A stretch of DNA of 64,000 nt from Mytilus californianus (taxonomy: Eukaryota), in NCBI RefSeq assembly GCF_021869535.1, contig NW_026262648.1, positions 806,001 to 870,000 of the forward strand. Reading direction: 5' to 3'. Both the position numbers and the translations under genes were made by a program. The notes beneath the pieces are model-generated. The model did not search any database, was not told the DNA's origin, and saw only the letters and a list, made by a program, of their open reading frames with translations. Of this stretch, positions 22,288 to 33,890 are shown piece after piece. Numbering within the stretch: position 1 is the stretch's first letter; every line of letters starts with the position of its first letter.

Positions 22288-24555
22288 GTCTAAAAATAGC
22301 AACAATCAACATTCAATCTATTTAGGCGTGGATCAGTTTGTGAAAATAAACTGATACAGTTACTGAATAAAAATTATATAAATGTCTAAGAATATAACTT
22401 AAACACGCTAATTAATACATAAAAAGTTCTATTAGATTTTAAATAGAAATACGCAATATTTCGCTAAACAAATTCGCTTCATTAGGCGTGTGCATCTCTC
22501 AAGGTGAAATCGGATGCATGACAAAAAATATTTTTGTAGCTTGAACTACACAAAATTTGAGTAAAAGTTTAACATATTTTTTGATGTTCTATAAAAATAT
22601 ATATGTTTGTGGCTACAACTATATAAAGTTGGAGTAAAAGTTTAACATATTTCTTGATGTTCAAAATTTTGTATGAATTTCTATGAATTAATTTGTATGA
22701 TTTCAAGATTGTTATTTAGATTTGTTTTTAAACCTTTTTTCGTCTCTCTCATTGAGTCCATCAGGTTCAAGAGTTCGTAACTGGTGCATCCAAAATCCCT
22801 CTCTCTTTTGTCTTCCTTGTGTATTCCAATTTTGGTTTATCTCAATGATTTGAAATGTGACGTTTTCAAAATCATCCCCTACTCTTAAAAGATGTCTTGT
22901 GATTGGGCAATTTCTTTCTTTTGTATAAAATGACCGATGGTTATTTAGTCGGATGTTAAATGATGTTTCTGTTTCACCAACATATTGCAACTTGCAAGTT
23001 CCACACGTTAGAACATAAATGCAATTTAATTTGCGTTTTCAATTTGATGTTATAAATATGTTGTATTTTTTCTTTGTGACTGTGCTGACGAATTTGGTTT
23101 CGATGTTGGCGACTTTGCAGTACTTACAATTGCCCCTTCCGCATGGTTTATAACCTCCTATTGTCGATATCTCCTGTTTAGATAATTTAGATGTTACTAG
23201 AATATCTTTGAGGTTTTTTGGTCTACGGTAAGCCATGACGGGAGGTGATGGAAAAATCTCTTTTAAGGAAGGATCATTTTCAATAAGACGCCAGTGTTTG
23301 TGGTCAATAGATGAAAGATTTGTCAGGTCAGGATGAAAGCGGACAACAAATTGAATTTTATTTGTCTTGGCCGTCTTCTCTTTGTATTCGAGCAGGTTTG
23401 TTCGGTCTTTTTCTTTTGCTTTACAGAAAGCTTCAGAAATATTATTGTTCTTATAACCTCTTGATTTAAGTTGCTGTCTGAGTTGTCCCAAATGGTGGTT
23501 TAATTTTGATTCCGATGAACAAATCCGTTTTAACCTGATGGCTTGGCTGTACGGGATGCTCCGGGAACAGTGTTTTGGGTGACAACTCTTCGGAGAGAGA
23601 AATTGGTGTTTATCCGTTTTTTTGGTGTGAAAGTCGGTTGTCATGACTCCGTTTTCTAAAGTTATGGTGGTGTCGAGAAACGCAATTTTCTCATTTGAAA
23701 CTTCAGATGTGAACTTTATAGATTGATGACAGTTATTACAGAAATCAAAAATTCTTGCAGACGTTCTGCAGTTTCGTTCCATTTGATGTCGATGTCATCA
23801 ATATAACCGAGCCAAGACAAGGGTTTGTATGGTACACTCGAAAGGATGCGTTCTTCGAGACTCCCCATGAACATGTTAGCAAAAGAAGGTGCCATTTTGG
23901 TTCCCATACTGGTACCGTCGATCTGCAAGTAGTGCTGGTCGTTGAATACAAAATTGTTGTTTTCGAGCACTAGTTTAAGCAACTGAACCAGACAGTCTGT
24001 TGGGGGATGTTTATCCTTACGATTGTTCCATACTTGTTCACAAGCGGCTACTCCTTCATTTTTCGGAATATTGGTGTATAAAGAAGACACATCCATCGAT
24101 ACCAAAATTGTGTTGTTTGGAAAGGGATTTAATGAATCCACTTTCTTCAAATAATCTGTTGTATCATGAATGTAGGATGGCATTGTTCTAACATGTGATC
24201 TAAGATGGTGATCCACGAATTCAGATATTTTTTCGGTTGGATGGCCATTGGCAGATACTCTCGGTCTTCCCGGAATTCCTTCTTTATGAAGTTTTGGGAG
24301 CAAGTAAAATCGACCGGCTGTGCAGATTCCATCAGGTCGTAGATAGTCGTACGTGTCGTCATCAATGCGTTTTTTGCTGTTCATATCTGAAAGGACCTCA
24401 TTAATTTGTTTGCTTATTTCTTTTGTGGGATCACATTCTAATTGTTTGTAAAATTTGATGTTTGAAAGCGTGAAAACGTCACATTTCAAATCATTGAGAA
24501 AAACCAAAATTGGGATACACAAGGAAGACAAAAGAGAGAGGTATTTTGGAGATCA
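22285..24555 (-). mobile_element. Penelope-like retroelement (Neptune-type), 5'-truncated and frameshifted
   Basis: 23716-24470 RT (AGRFYLLPKLHK, DVSSLYTNI, GTSMGTKMAP, YIDDI); 23039-23782 thumb plus CGRGNCKYC linker; 22712-22990 GIY-YIG (QYVGET...RLNNH). Confidence 0.95.
22451..22489 (-). ncRNA. Minimal hammerhead-like motif, G5A variant
   Basis: ACGC-CTAATGA-A-GCGAA(TTTGT)TTAGC-GAAA-TATT-GCGT in the PLE 3' UTR. Confidence 0.6.
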
Positions 24556-24953
24556 AAGATTGCATGGTCAGTCTTCCAACATGCTTCAAACGGGCTATGG
24601 AAAGAGTTTACATACCAGATATCTGCTACCTGTTCGCTGTTGCAGGGAAAATGAAGGAACACGGTACAGACACTAGGACCGATGGTAAAATCGTAGTCTG
24701 CGGTCCAAGTTTCCAAACTTAAGTCTGTACCGATAATCAAGTCCGCATTTAAAGGTAAATTCTCGAAAATAGAGTATTGAAGGTTGACATTTTTCTATCA
24801 TTGGGCAAATTCTCAAGTGTTTATTAAAAAAAAGGTTTGTGGAGGATTCACAGTGTACTTTAAAAAAAATGACAATATCCCAGAAAATACATTTACATCT
24901 TCCAACGCATTCTCCTACCAAAAAATTATAATTCACAATGTCAATGAAGATAT

Positions 24954-25076
24954 TAGCTGCGGAACCGTAGCTCTTAGGTCCTTATGTTATTTTTTTACTA
25001 TTTGCGGACCAAAGATTATGGTCCGCAAATAGTCAAAACATAACATAAGGACCTTAGAGCTACGGTTCCGCAGCTA
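24954..25076. mobile_element. ~120-bp hairpin MITE flanked by TA
   Basis: TA|GCTGCGGAACCGTAGCTC...GAGCTACGGTTCCGCAGC|TA; near-perfect arms with a loop of about 8 nt. Confidence 0.75.
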
Positions 25077-25464
25077 TGAAGATGCATGTATGGGATCAGA
25101 TAAATTTAATTTCATTAGTAATATTATATAGATCATAATGATATTCTACTGTATTTGCAAAGATATACATGTATACTTACGCCTACACATGCATAATAGT
25201 AGCATACTTTTTTACTTCTGTTACACACTGATACATGTAGATATCATGTGGTGCTCCAGATAATTGTTAGAAGAAATTTACTGCCAAGAAAGACATTAAT
25301 TGTTCACTATTCTTGGACTCGGCCACAGTGGGTCAGAATAGCAATTAGTGTTTCAGTGTTCATTAAATATTAGTTTAATGATTTGTGAGAAAAATAACTT
25401 CATCCTGTTCATGTACATGTATGTTAACCAGATAATTGAAATTACAGAAAATACATGTTTATTC

Positions 25465-25895
25465 CCCCACAGTATACGTAGCTGAGGGGGCATTAAGTTT
25501 TACCCTTGTCCATCTGTCCGTGCGTCCGTCCGTTGGTTTCCTTTCTCTAAACTTTAGTTTGCATCAACCAAATGTTATGAAACTGATACACAATGCTTAT
25601 CACTACAAAACACAGATCAAGTGTGGATTTTATTGGCATCACTTTAACCGTTCCAGAGTTATGCCCTTTACAGATGGTAAAATTGCTGAATTTTTCGTTG
25701 CCGTTCTCTAACTTTAGTTTGCCTCAACCAAATGTTATGAAACTTATACACAATACGTATTACCACAAAACTCAGATCAAGCACAAATTTGGGTAGCATC
25801 ACTTTTACCGTTCTTCAGTTATGTCTCTTTATAACTTTATTTGATCTGCAAGAGTGGGCATCATCTGTGTTCTATGGACACATTCCCCATTTATT
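25465..25895 (+). mobile_element. Non-autonomous element with a GTCC microsatellite and two ~160-bp core repeats (HINE/Helentron-like)
   Basis: TGTCCGTGCGTCCGTCCG, then repeat units starting at about 25543 and 25703. Confidence 0.6.
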
Positions 25896-26509
25896 GTAGT
25901 CTTTCATGCTCAAATATTTAGCTTTAACTACATGAGTAACTTTGCAGAGGCGGATTTAGAGATTTTAGAGATTTCTACTGTCTTTATTTGAACGAATAAA
26001 CCTGATAATTAAAAAAAAAATTTCTGACAACTATGTCTGTTCTGGAACTGAAGACTACATTCACTTTTTGTATCTTCCTTGTTCATTTTCCTCCAGATAA
26101 ATGTACCTTTTATTTACTGACTATCACCATGAGGCATATAAGGAAGCTTAATTTCTCCAAGGTCTCCAGTTTTGTCCTGCCTGTGCGAAAGTTTCAGAAT
26201 GCAAGACATGCAAGACATGAAATGCTAATCGGACAACAAAATTTACTATTTATATAAAGTTTTATATTTCAGAGGGTAGAAATCATGGATTTTTCATACT
26301 TAAAATCATAATGTATAAAGAATCCTTATGTTTAGAAGTTTCTGTCAAGTCATATGTCCATTGTCCTTATCCTCATTTTCATTGTTCAGCGACTCCTTAA
26401 AAAACTACATGTGTAGTGATTTTATCAAGTGAAATTGTGGCATATTATAAGTAATATACTAATAAGATAACAATATTTGGTATACATGTATGGGATCCAA
26501 GGTTTACAT

Positions 26510-26816
26510 GTGTTGTCTTTTCTGATTTGCCATTTGTCTCACCCATTACAGTGTGTTTCGGCAATTATGCTGTTTAAACTTGAGGGCTTAAATTGTTTTT
26601 CTGCAGTCAACTCTTTGACATTTCAGTATTTGGGAAACATTTATGATGTGAAGTTGTGTGTTTTTTAATGATTTGATTAACAGTTAGCGGTGTGGCCGTT
26701 AACATGTCTAGCGAATAACGAAATCAGACCTTATGGACGAAACGTTGTCGCTACATAGTGATTTGGTCATGGGTAGTGATCAGCAAATCTACCTTTGTTG
26801 TATATAATAAGGACAG
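26510..26816. repeat. Dispersed repeat; inverted copy at 42794-43120
   Basis: Near-identical reverse complement; the ORF track gives the same peptide from both copies. Confidence 0.9.
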
Positions 26817-27070
26817 AAAAAAAACACATATCAGACAGACATTGCATTTTTCAAATCTATTTATATTACATGTATAACAAGGAAAATATTTTATTATTCA
26901 AATACGAATAATTGAGGCGACATTAGTTTACCTATGTACTACGATAGAAATTGTGCATTTTAATCTTACTTACATATGTACATTTACTTTTGATATCTGC
27001 TAACATGTCAACCATTATGATATATTTTCTTCAATATATATTATAATATGTTTTCTTCAGTGTATTATTA

Positions 27071-27570
27071 GTTACATAGTGTGCTAGTGACCTAATACGG
27101 TATATATGGGGTCAGTAAATTCCATATGGGGTGAGAGCGAAGCTCGAATCCCCATATAGTATTTACTGATCCCATATATACCGTATTACGTCACTAGCAC
27201 ACTATGTAACGAATTTATCTTACCTACTATCTTAACATGTGGTATTTAGACTAGTGACCCATCAAAGTGAGCAAATCTTCAATACCGTTAGCATCATACA
27301 AAAAACAAATGCCAACAATAACAACTTGTTAGCTTTAAATGTGTTTTATGAATTTATTTCAATCTTTCATCATCAATTTCTTCTTCTGTTGAAACCTTTA
27401 AGATTTTTTCTCAGTACCGTTTTGTTTTTATAAAGAGACGTAACACCACTACTAACCGTGTATTGAAATAAGCCCCGCCTACTAACCTTATATGGAATAT
27501 ACACGGTCTCCACGCGGTTGCTTTTAACCAATCATATTCCTAGAAATGTAAAGGAGGTAAGATAAATAAT
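27071..27570. mobile_element. Non-autonomous element starting with a ~140-bp palindrome (27071-27210); partial copy at 36078-36248
   Basis: GTTACATAGTGTGCTAGTGAC...GTCACTAGCACACTATGTAAC; ATTTATCTTACC / GGTAAGATAAAT inverted repeat bounds the rest; inserted into a short AT-rich minisatellite. Confidence 0.7.
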
Positions 27571-29451
27571 AATATGTCCACCAGGATATATTATACTATC
27601 TTTTCCTCACTTTATATTATAATATGTTTTCTTCAGTATGTATTATACTATGTTTTATTCAGTCTACATTATAATACGTTTTCCTCAGTCTATAATATTT
27701 AGTGCTTCATTTGTCTTTTTGCAATTTTTTCCAGAGGACTTAAATCAGTCAAGTGTAGGCGGAGGTCAGGGTAAATAATAGAAAAGTTAACTATAATTAG
27801 ATGTGGTATGATTGCTAGTGAGACAACTATTCACCAGCGACTAAAGAACGAGGATGTGTATTCCACTTTCCTAATTTTAGTACATTCGCAATGAGAACCA
27901 ACTGTAAGGACGAATAAAATTGTGATCACTATCTTAACCAAGGAAGTGCAACAAACATGGTGCATTGTATGAGATCTAGCAATGATTTTTTTGACTTTGT
28001 ATTTGCATCGAAAGTATATGGACTATCCGGGATCGCAACCTATGTGACTACGAAAAGATGCCGCAAACATACAGTCCTTAAGTGGTGTAAAATTCTCAAA
28101 AAAACTATATAGTATAATAGTGTATGGTGCATAACGAATGTTGTATTTTTCTTAAATTTTATTTCACTTTATGAAAGATGCATTGGATTTCCAATTCTCT
28201 CAAACATGTAACATTGTGGGTAATATTCTGAATGGTGCAAATCGTGAATGGTTCAAATGGAAAGGAGATAATGAGAGTTTAGTATTGTGTCAGGGGAATT
28301 GTGTATACGGAAATGGTGTATCGGGAAAGATGTATTGTGAAATGGTGTATCGCGAATGGTGTATAGGGAACTAGTGTATCGGAAATGGTGTATAATAAAC
28401 TTGTGTATTATGTGATAATTTGTGGTACATGGAGTAATGGTGTATATTGTAGTGAGAAATTTACCTCCTTTGAAGTACTATACATCAAACAAACATACCT
28501 CTTCCGTAACTAGAACAAAAATTTCATATATTTTCTATGTGCGATTCACTTTTCTGTATCTACCTTCATCGGGAACGCTAAAACACTAACGCTTGAGAGC
28601 GACGTATGTATACATACTTTAAAATACTATAAATTGAAGTAGAACACACTATAGTCTACGTAAGTGTTGTCTTCATTTACTAAAATTTCTGGAATTGAAA
28701 ACAAAGTCAATAATTTGAAAATGGACGAATGAGTATCAGTGAAGTCACATTTGTTAGTTATACTTTACTCAACATGCTTAAGTAAACGACCTTAAGTTCA
28801 TACATACTTTGACCGATTAGTAATAGACGATTGAACATAATCCTCATTTGAGTTACTTGCCGATTGGGATTTATCAGATACTTTTGTTCAGCATGACTAA
28901 TGAGTAAGAAAATTCACTTCTACGAACTTCTCTTATAAACTACACGTAGTACGCACAGTGTAGTTGCAATTATCATTGATTATCGAAAGCTGGTGAAATA
29001 CACAACAGGCAACGCAACTGTGTTGTTTAGCCAGATAGAAATATGCATATAGTTCAAACTTTTCACATCTTTAGGATATAAGGCTTTGTTGAAAACTCAA
29101 TGTTTGTGAACTTTCACAATCTAGGCTTTTTCTACCTGACTTAATGGCATGGGTTTTGCACATTCTTAAAGGCTGATAGTTGTTTCATTGACAATCATTT
29201 CCTTAATTTGTTTTGTTTGTATGATCATAGTGATGTTTGAAATAAACATGATAAACAATATGGTTAAATTTCGTTGTGTCTATTCAAATGATCATGACCT
29301 CACACTTTATTTCATGAACCAATAATTACTTTATAACGAAAGACGGTTCGATTTGATAGAACTCAAAATTTAAGCAAACCCCTGTTTTGAAAAAAATGGA
29401 CATTAAACATGTTAAATGCTTGTCTATAATCTAAAATATGTATATTTTTAG

Positions 29452-29606
29452 CACCGACAACGACTCCAGCTACTACAACGACTACTACAACAATGGCAAC
29501 TACAACACAACCCTGTATTGATGATCCACGTATTACATGCGATCTTGAAGCTTGCAATACAGACTTAGCAATGTTTTGCCAGGTTACTTGTAATTTATGT
29601 CCATAA
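29452..29606 (+). CDS. Terminal exon: Thr-rich linker + ShK-like six-Cys domain
   Basis: ttttag|CA then PTTTPATTTTTTTMATTTQPCIDDPRITCDLEACNTDLAMFCQVTCNLCP*; AATAAA at 29611. Confidence 0.8.
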
Positions 29607-29949
29607 TGTCAATAAAGATTAATGTTAAGTTTTCAATTGTATGATATATTGCAGCTCATGGTGTCACAATAACTGGATAATGCATTAACCTATGGCATGT
29701 AGAGTAAGACAAAATATCATCCCCGTTTTTTTTAATGTTTTGTATATTTTTGTTGAATATTTGTCATTTTTGGCTACATTTTTTCGATTTTTTAATTTCG
29801 CTGTTGTATCTCCTCCACATTTGTTATCCGATGTAGAGGTATTTGTCAGAATTAATGAACTGTATTTTACACAGAGACTGACATTTGTCGTTTTTATTTT
29901 GGGCATGAACTTGTGGGTTTTTTTTTTATTACCTTCTGTGTGTGTTTTC

Positions 29950-31435
29950 CCTTGATTTCTTCTCATACATGCCAGACATGAACCATTAAACCACAGGCTC
30001 CTGACTAGGGACAGGCACATAAAGAATGTGCCGGGGTTAAACATTTTGAAGGCGCCAACCCCCAACCCCCCTTTCCTTACCTTGGACAGAGTTGTAACAG
30101 TATTGCATAAGATTAAACTATAAAAATCAGTTCAAAAGGGCTCGACTCATCAGATCGATACAAAGCAGAAAAAAACATTTAACAAAAACACAGACCGGAC
30201 GAGGCAGGTTATTCATACATCCTTACCAACAAAAAAGACACAAAGTACAGATCTGAGAGTACTCGCAGTTACTGACACCTAGTTCTAAGTCAATAACAAC
30301 GAATAAAAAAATCATGTATCTAAGACTAAGATATCAATCAGTACACATCCAACATCCTATGAATTTAGTATAAATACTTCATTAACAGTCAGATAAAACA
30401 TGACCTTCTGCGATGCCAAAATATAGGTATCGAAAGATTGTACTACCGGAAATGTGTACATGTGTTTAACAATAATATTAAGTATACTTTACATTACTTA
30501 TTTAAAGGATTGATAAGTTTACCCGGATCTTATCACCGTAAAAATTGGGATGTGCTTTTCCGATTGAAATGAGTTTTCTACAGGTACAGTCAAACTTCCA
30601 AACCAAATCTTTGCATCCATGGAATAATTTATTAAAGGTTTTAAGTAATTTGCCGTAACGAAATCCCTGACTTAATAGTAACACACAGATTACACTCATT
30701 GGAATGAAAAATTAAGCGTACGTGTTGGAATATAAAAACACCGTTAGAGGTATTGAAGGATCATCACCGTCCAAAAAAGAAAAATTGTCCCTTTTGTCGT
30801 AAATCTTTGTGTAGAGTTTCTCGTGTTTAACTGAAATGTTTAATTCTAGAAAAGGATAGTCATTTCTGTTAATATTTAATATATCTAAAGAAAGTTCCTT
30901 ATAGGTAGATTTGAGTATTCTTAGGGAATTCTTGATTATGTAACGAAAAACATCATCAAGATAACGGTAAATGTTTTTTATGACCATAAACTGTTATCCA
31001 TCATAGTACAAGAACAAGTCTGCTATTAAAGGGGAACAATTGATGCACATAGGAAAACCTACAGCCTGTCGAAAAAATATTAATGCCGAAACGTACATAG
31101 TTTGTTCTGATGTTGTGCTGTAACACCACTGTCTTTGTTGAGAGTTCACAAACATGTTTAACCCCGCCATATTCTTTATGTGCCTATCCCAAGTCAGGAG
31201 CCTGTAGTTCAATGGTTGTCGTTGGTTTCGTAAATTGTTTTGTTATAAATTAAGCCGTTAGTTTTCTCAATTGAATTGTTTCATATTTTTCATGTCGGGG
31301 CCTATTATGGAAGACTATACGGTATGGATTTTTCTCATTGTTGAAGGCCGTACGGTTGCCTATAATTGCTAACATCAACTTCATTTGAACTTAGGTGGAT
31401 CGTTGTCTCATTGGCAATCATACCACATTCTCCTT
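29950..31435 (-). mobile_element. Decayed PLE-type RT fragment with no C-terminal endonuclease (possibly Naiad-like), with its 3' UTR and an inverted terminal repeat
   Basis: RQAVGFPM..NCSPLIADLFLY, YRYLDDV, FLELNI...TKIYDKRD, QGFRYGKL (30500-31130). 31140-31435 is the same terminal repeat in the opposite orientation. Confidence 0.75.
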
Positions 31436-31760
31436 ATTTTTATATTAATGTTGTCAAAGAGAAATTTTACAGCTTTAATCATATCATCACACATCCAGTA
31501 AGTAAATATAACATATTTATCTTAAAACAAAAGTTTCTCATTAGAGAAAAAGGCTTTATATGAATTGCAGCAAATATATTTGCAATCAGAATGTTTAAAC
31601 CAGCAATAAATTAAATTGTATTTGCTGCAATTCATATAAAGCCTTTTTCTCTAATGAGAAACTTTTGTTTTAAGATAAATATGTTATATTTACTTACTGG
31701 ATGTGTGATGATATGATTAAAGCTGTAAAATTTCTCTTTGACAACATTAATATAAAAATA
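31435..31760. repeat. Perfect long palindrome: 142-bp arms, 42-bp spacer
   Basis: 31435-31576 is the reverse complement of 31619-31760; no mismatch seen. Confidence 0.95.
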
Positions 31761-31989
31761 TTACAAAAGTTAAAGAAAAAAATAGCAATGTTTTATTGTT
31801 GTTGTTTGTCCTTTTGTCGTTTTAATTTTAAGCAGTCGTCTGTCTCATTGAATTTATCATTTTCAAATGCCCCTTTGGTAATCCATTCATGTAGCAACGT
31901 TTGACTGAGTTGGTCCAATAGAAGAGGATACAGGATACTGAACAAAGATTGAAAAAAAACCGATACATTTGAGTCAATTTCTAGTGCCG

Positions 31990-32700
31990 CTTAAGTCATT
32001 ATCTATTTGACCACCGTGTGTGGCTTACACTCTTCCGTGTTCCCTTGTAATGGATCGTATCAGATTTTGAATTAGGACATGAGGTGTCCTTAGCTATGTC
32101 TGTTGCAAAGTTTGACAGAATATGTCCAGTGATAACCTCAGGTAGGGTTTAACTTCGGCAGACGTGTCTATCAAGTTCATTCCAAAGAGATTTTATGCGA
32201 TTAATATCCGGCGTCTTTTAGGGCAATCACAATTCTTAGTATACAAATTACGCGATTACCACAAAGTCTGTCGACTTCCTGTACGCGGAAATGGTCGGAA
32301 CTCCCATTTTTCCTTGTTAATCACATCTTAAGAGATGAAACGTGCATTATTGTTAAATAAAATACGACGCCAGTTCCTTAAATTTGAAAATGTATGGCAC
32401 CAACGAACGTGTGCACGTATGTGCAGCTGGGTCAAAACTGGTTAAACATAAGGTCGTTGTCGTCTAATTTCGTGTATGCGAAGCTCGTTACGTACTGTCT
32501 GTGTGGAAATTCTCTGTAAACCAGGGTCGTACCTTCAACTTCTAGGCCAATCTCGTAGTTAAATACGCAATAGTTTTGCTTGAATTATTTCACCAGAAGT
32601 TTCCCGTAGAATACCTGAACAGTATTTTCTACACACAAACTGCAACCTTGCTTTTTATGTCTTGGAAAAACCACTTTGCGATTTTCCAAATTGCTCGTAT
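31990..32700 (-). mobile_element. Degenerate, internally deleted Tc1-type transposase
   Basis: RISTQTVRNELR...RRQRPYV.PVLT, NWRRILF, PDINRIKSLWNELDRHV, IQNLIRS...THGG; contains stops and frameshifts. Confidence 0.8.
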
Positions 32701-33146
32701 CAGCATTTTGTATTTCTAATACATCTTTGATAATGCATTCCTTAAATAGTGAATTATCTAGTATACAATGTGAATGAATATGATGAATTGGACATGCATT
32801 TTTTTGTTCAATACCAATATCTCTGAAATTAGACAGCAAATGAAATAAACTATTTAGGGATCAACCATATGTTTATTTGGGGATGCAACCTGTGTCAGAT
32901 AACAAGTAAAATTAATTTGCAAGCCGCGAAAAATTCTCCTTTTACGGATATAAGAATAAGCTTATAGCATGACCAATTTTGTGCTTTAGAAAAATAAATT
33001 CAGAATTATGCAACACACACCAAAAAATAATATAATAAAAAAAAACAAACATCTGTTCATTGTCACGCAAATATGTAATTAATAATACAGTTTATAATAG
33101 TCACACTTATGAAAATGTTGTGATTTGAAGAATTAACTACTACAAA

Positions 33147-33890
33147 ATGGTCCCAAATGTATTTTCGTGTTACTTGTTAGTGTTGGCGTGGTTAGGTACT
33201 CAAGGATGCAGTTCTGAATGCAAAGGTAGGTTTCGTTGCTTTGTTTTAATTTTAGTTTCTTAGAAATAATCGCTAGAAGACTATTCATAAGATAAATTAG
33301 ACGCAAGAATGATAAGTGCATGTAGTATTCTACAAAACGGATACTATTGAGCTTTTGGAAACCTGTATTCGTCTGAATTATGCCGTGTCAGTTAAAACAA
33401 ATGTTAAACACGATCAACAAACTAAAATTAAGTTGATATGTGACAGTGATCCCGAGTTTAAATAAATTGATTATTTCATGTTTCACTTTTTTTTTTTATC
33501 TTTTGGAAAAAAATCAAACCTGCCTTTTTCGTTACCTTAAAGGATCATCAACATCTTTCTACCAACACAATCGTGAAGTTTACACGTGTGAAGACCAACA
33601 TTGGGTATGGATACCATTCAAGAACAGGCATTTTCGTTGCACCAGTGGCCGGAGAATATGAATTTAATACAAGTTTCATTACGAATGGTGGCAATTGGCT
33701 TGAACTAAATTTAATCAAAAATGGAGAATTTATCGCCAGAGGACATGCCCCTAATATCCACGCGTCTACAGGCACTATAAATGTTATACTGAGACTACGG
33801 AAAGGGAATGAAGTATACCTGCGAAATCCACGTCGTTTTGGCTCAATCAATGGACATGATTACTCTATGTTTTCCGGGCATATGTTATAA
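33147..33890 (+). CDS. Secreted globular-head C1q-domain protein (C1qDC), two exons; the exon 2 acceptor is non-canonical, so it may be a pseudogene
   Basis: Exon 1 33147-33225 MVPNVFSCYLLVLAWLGTQGCSSECK|gtaggt (signal peptide-like). Exon 2 ~33507-33890 KPAFFVTL...VKFTRVKTNIGYGY...TGIFVAPVAGEYEF...FSGHML*. AATAAA at 33930. Confidence 0.85.

Noticed and set aside
26720-26755. GGACGAAACGT as a hammerhead half
   Set aside because: No CUGANGA core or matching stems upstream in either copy of this repeat.
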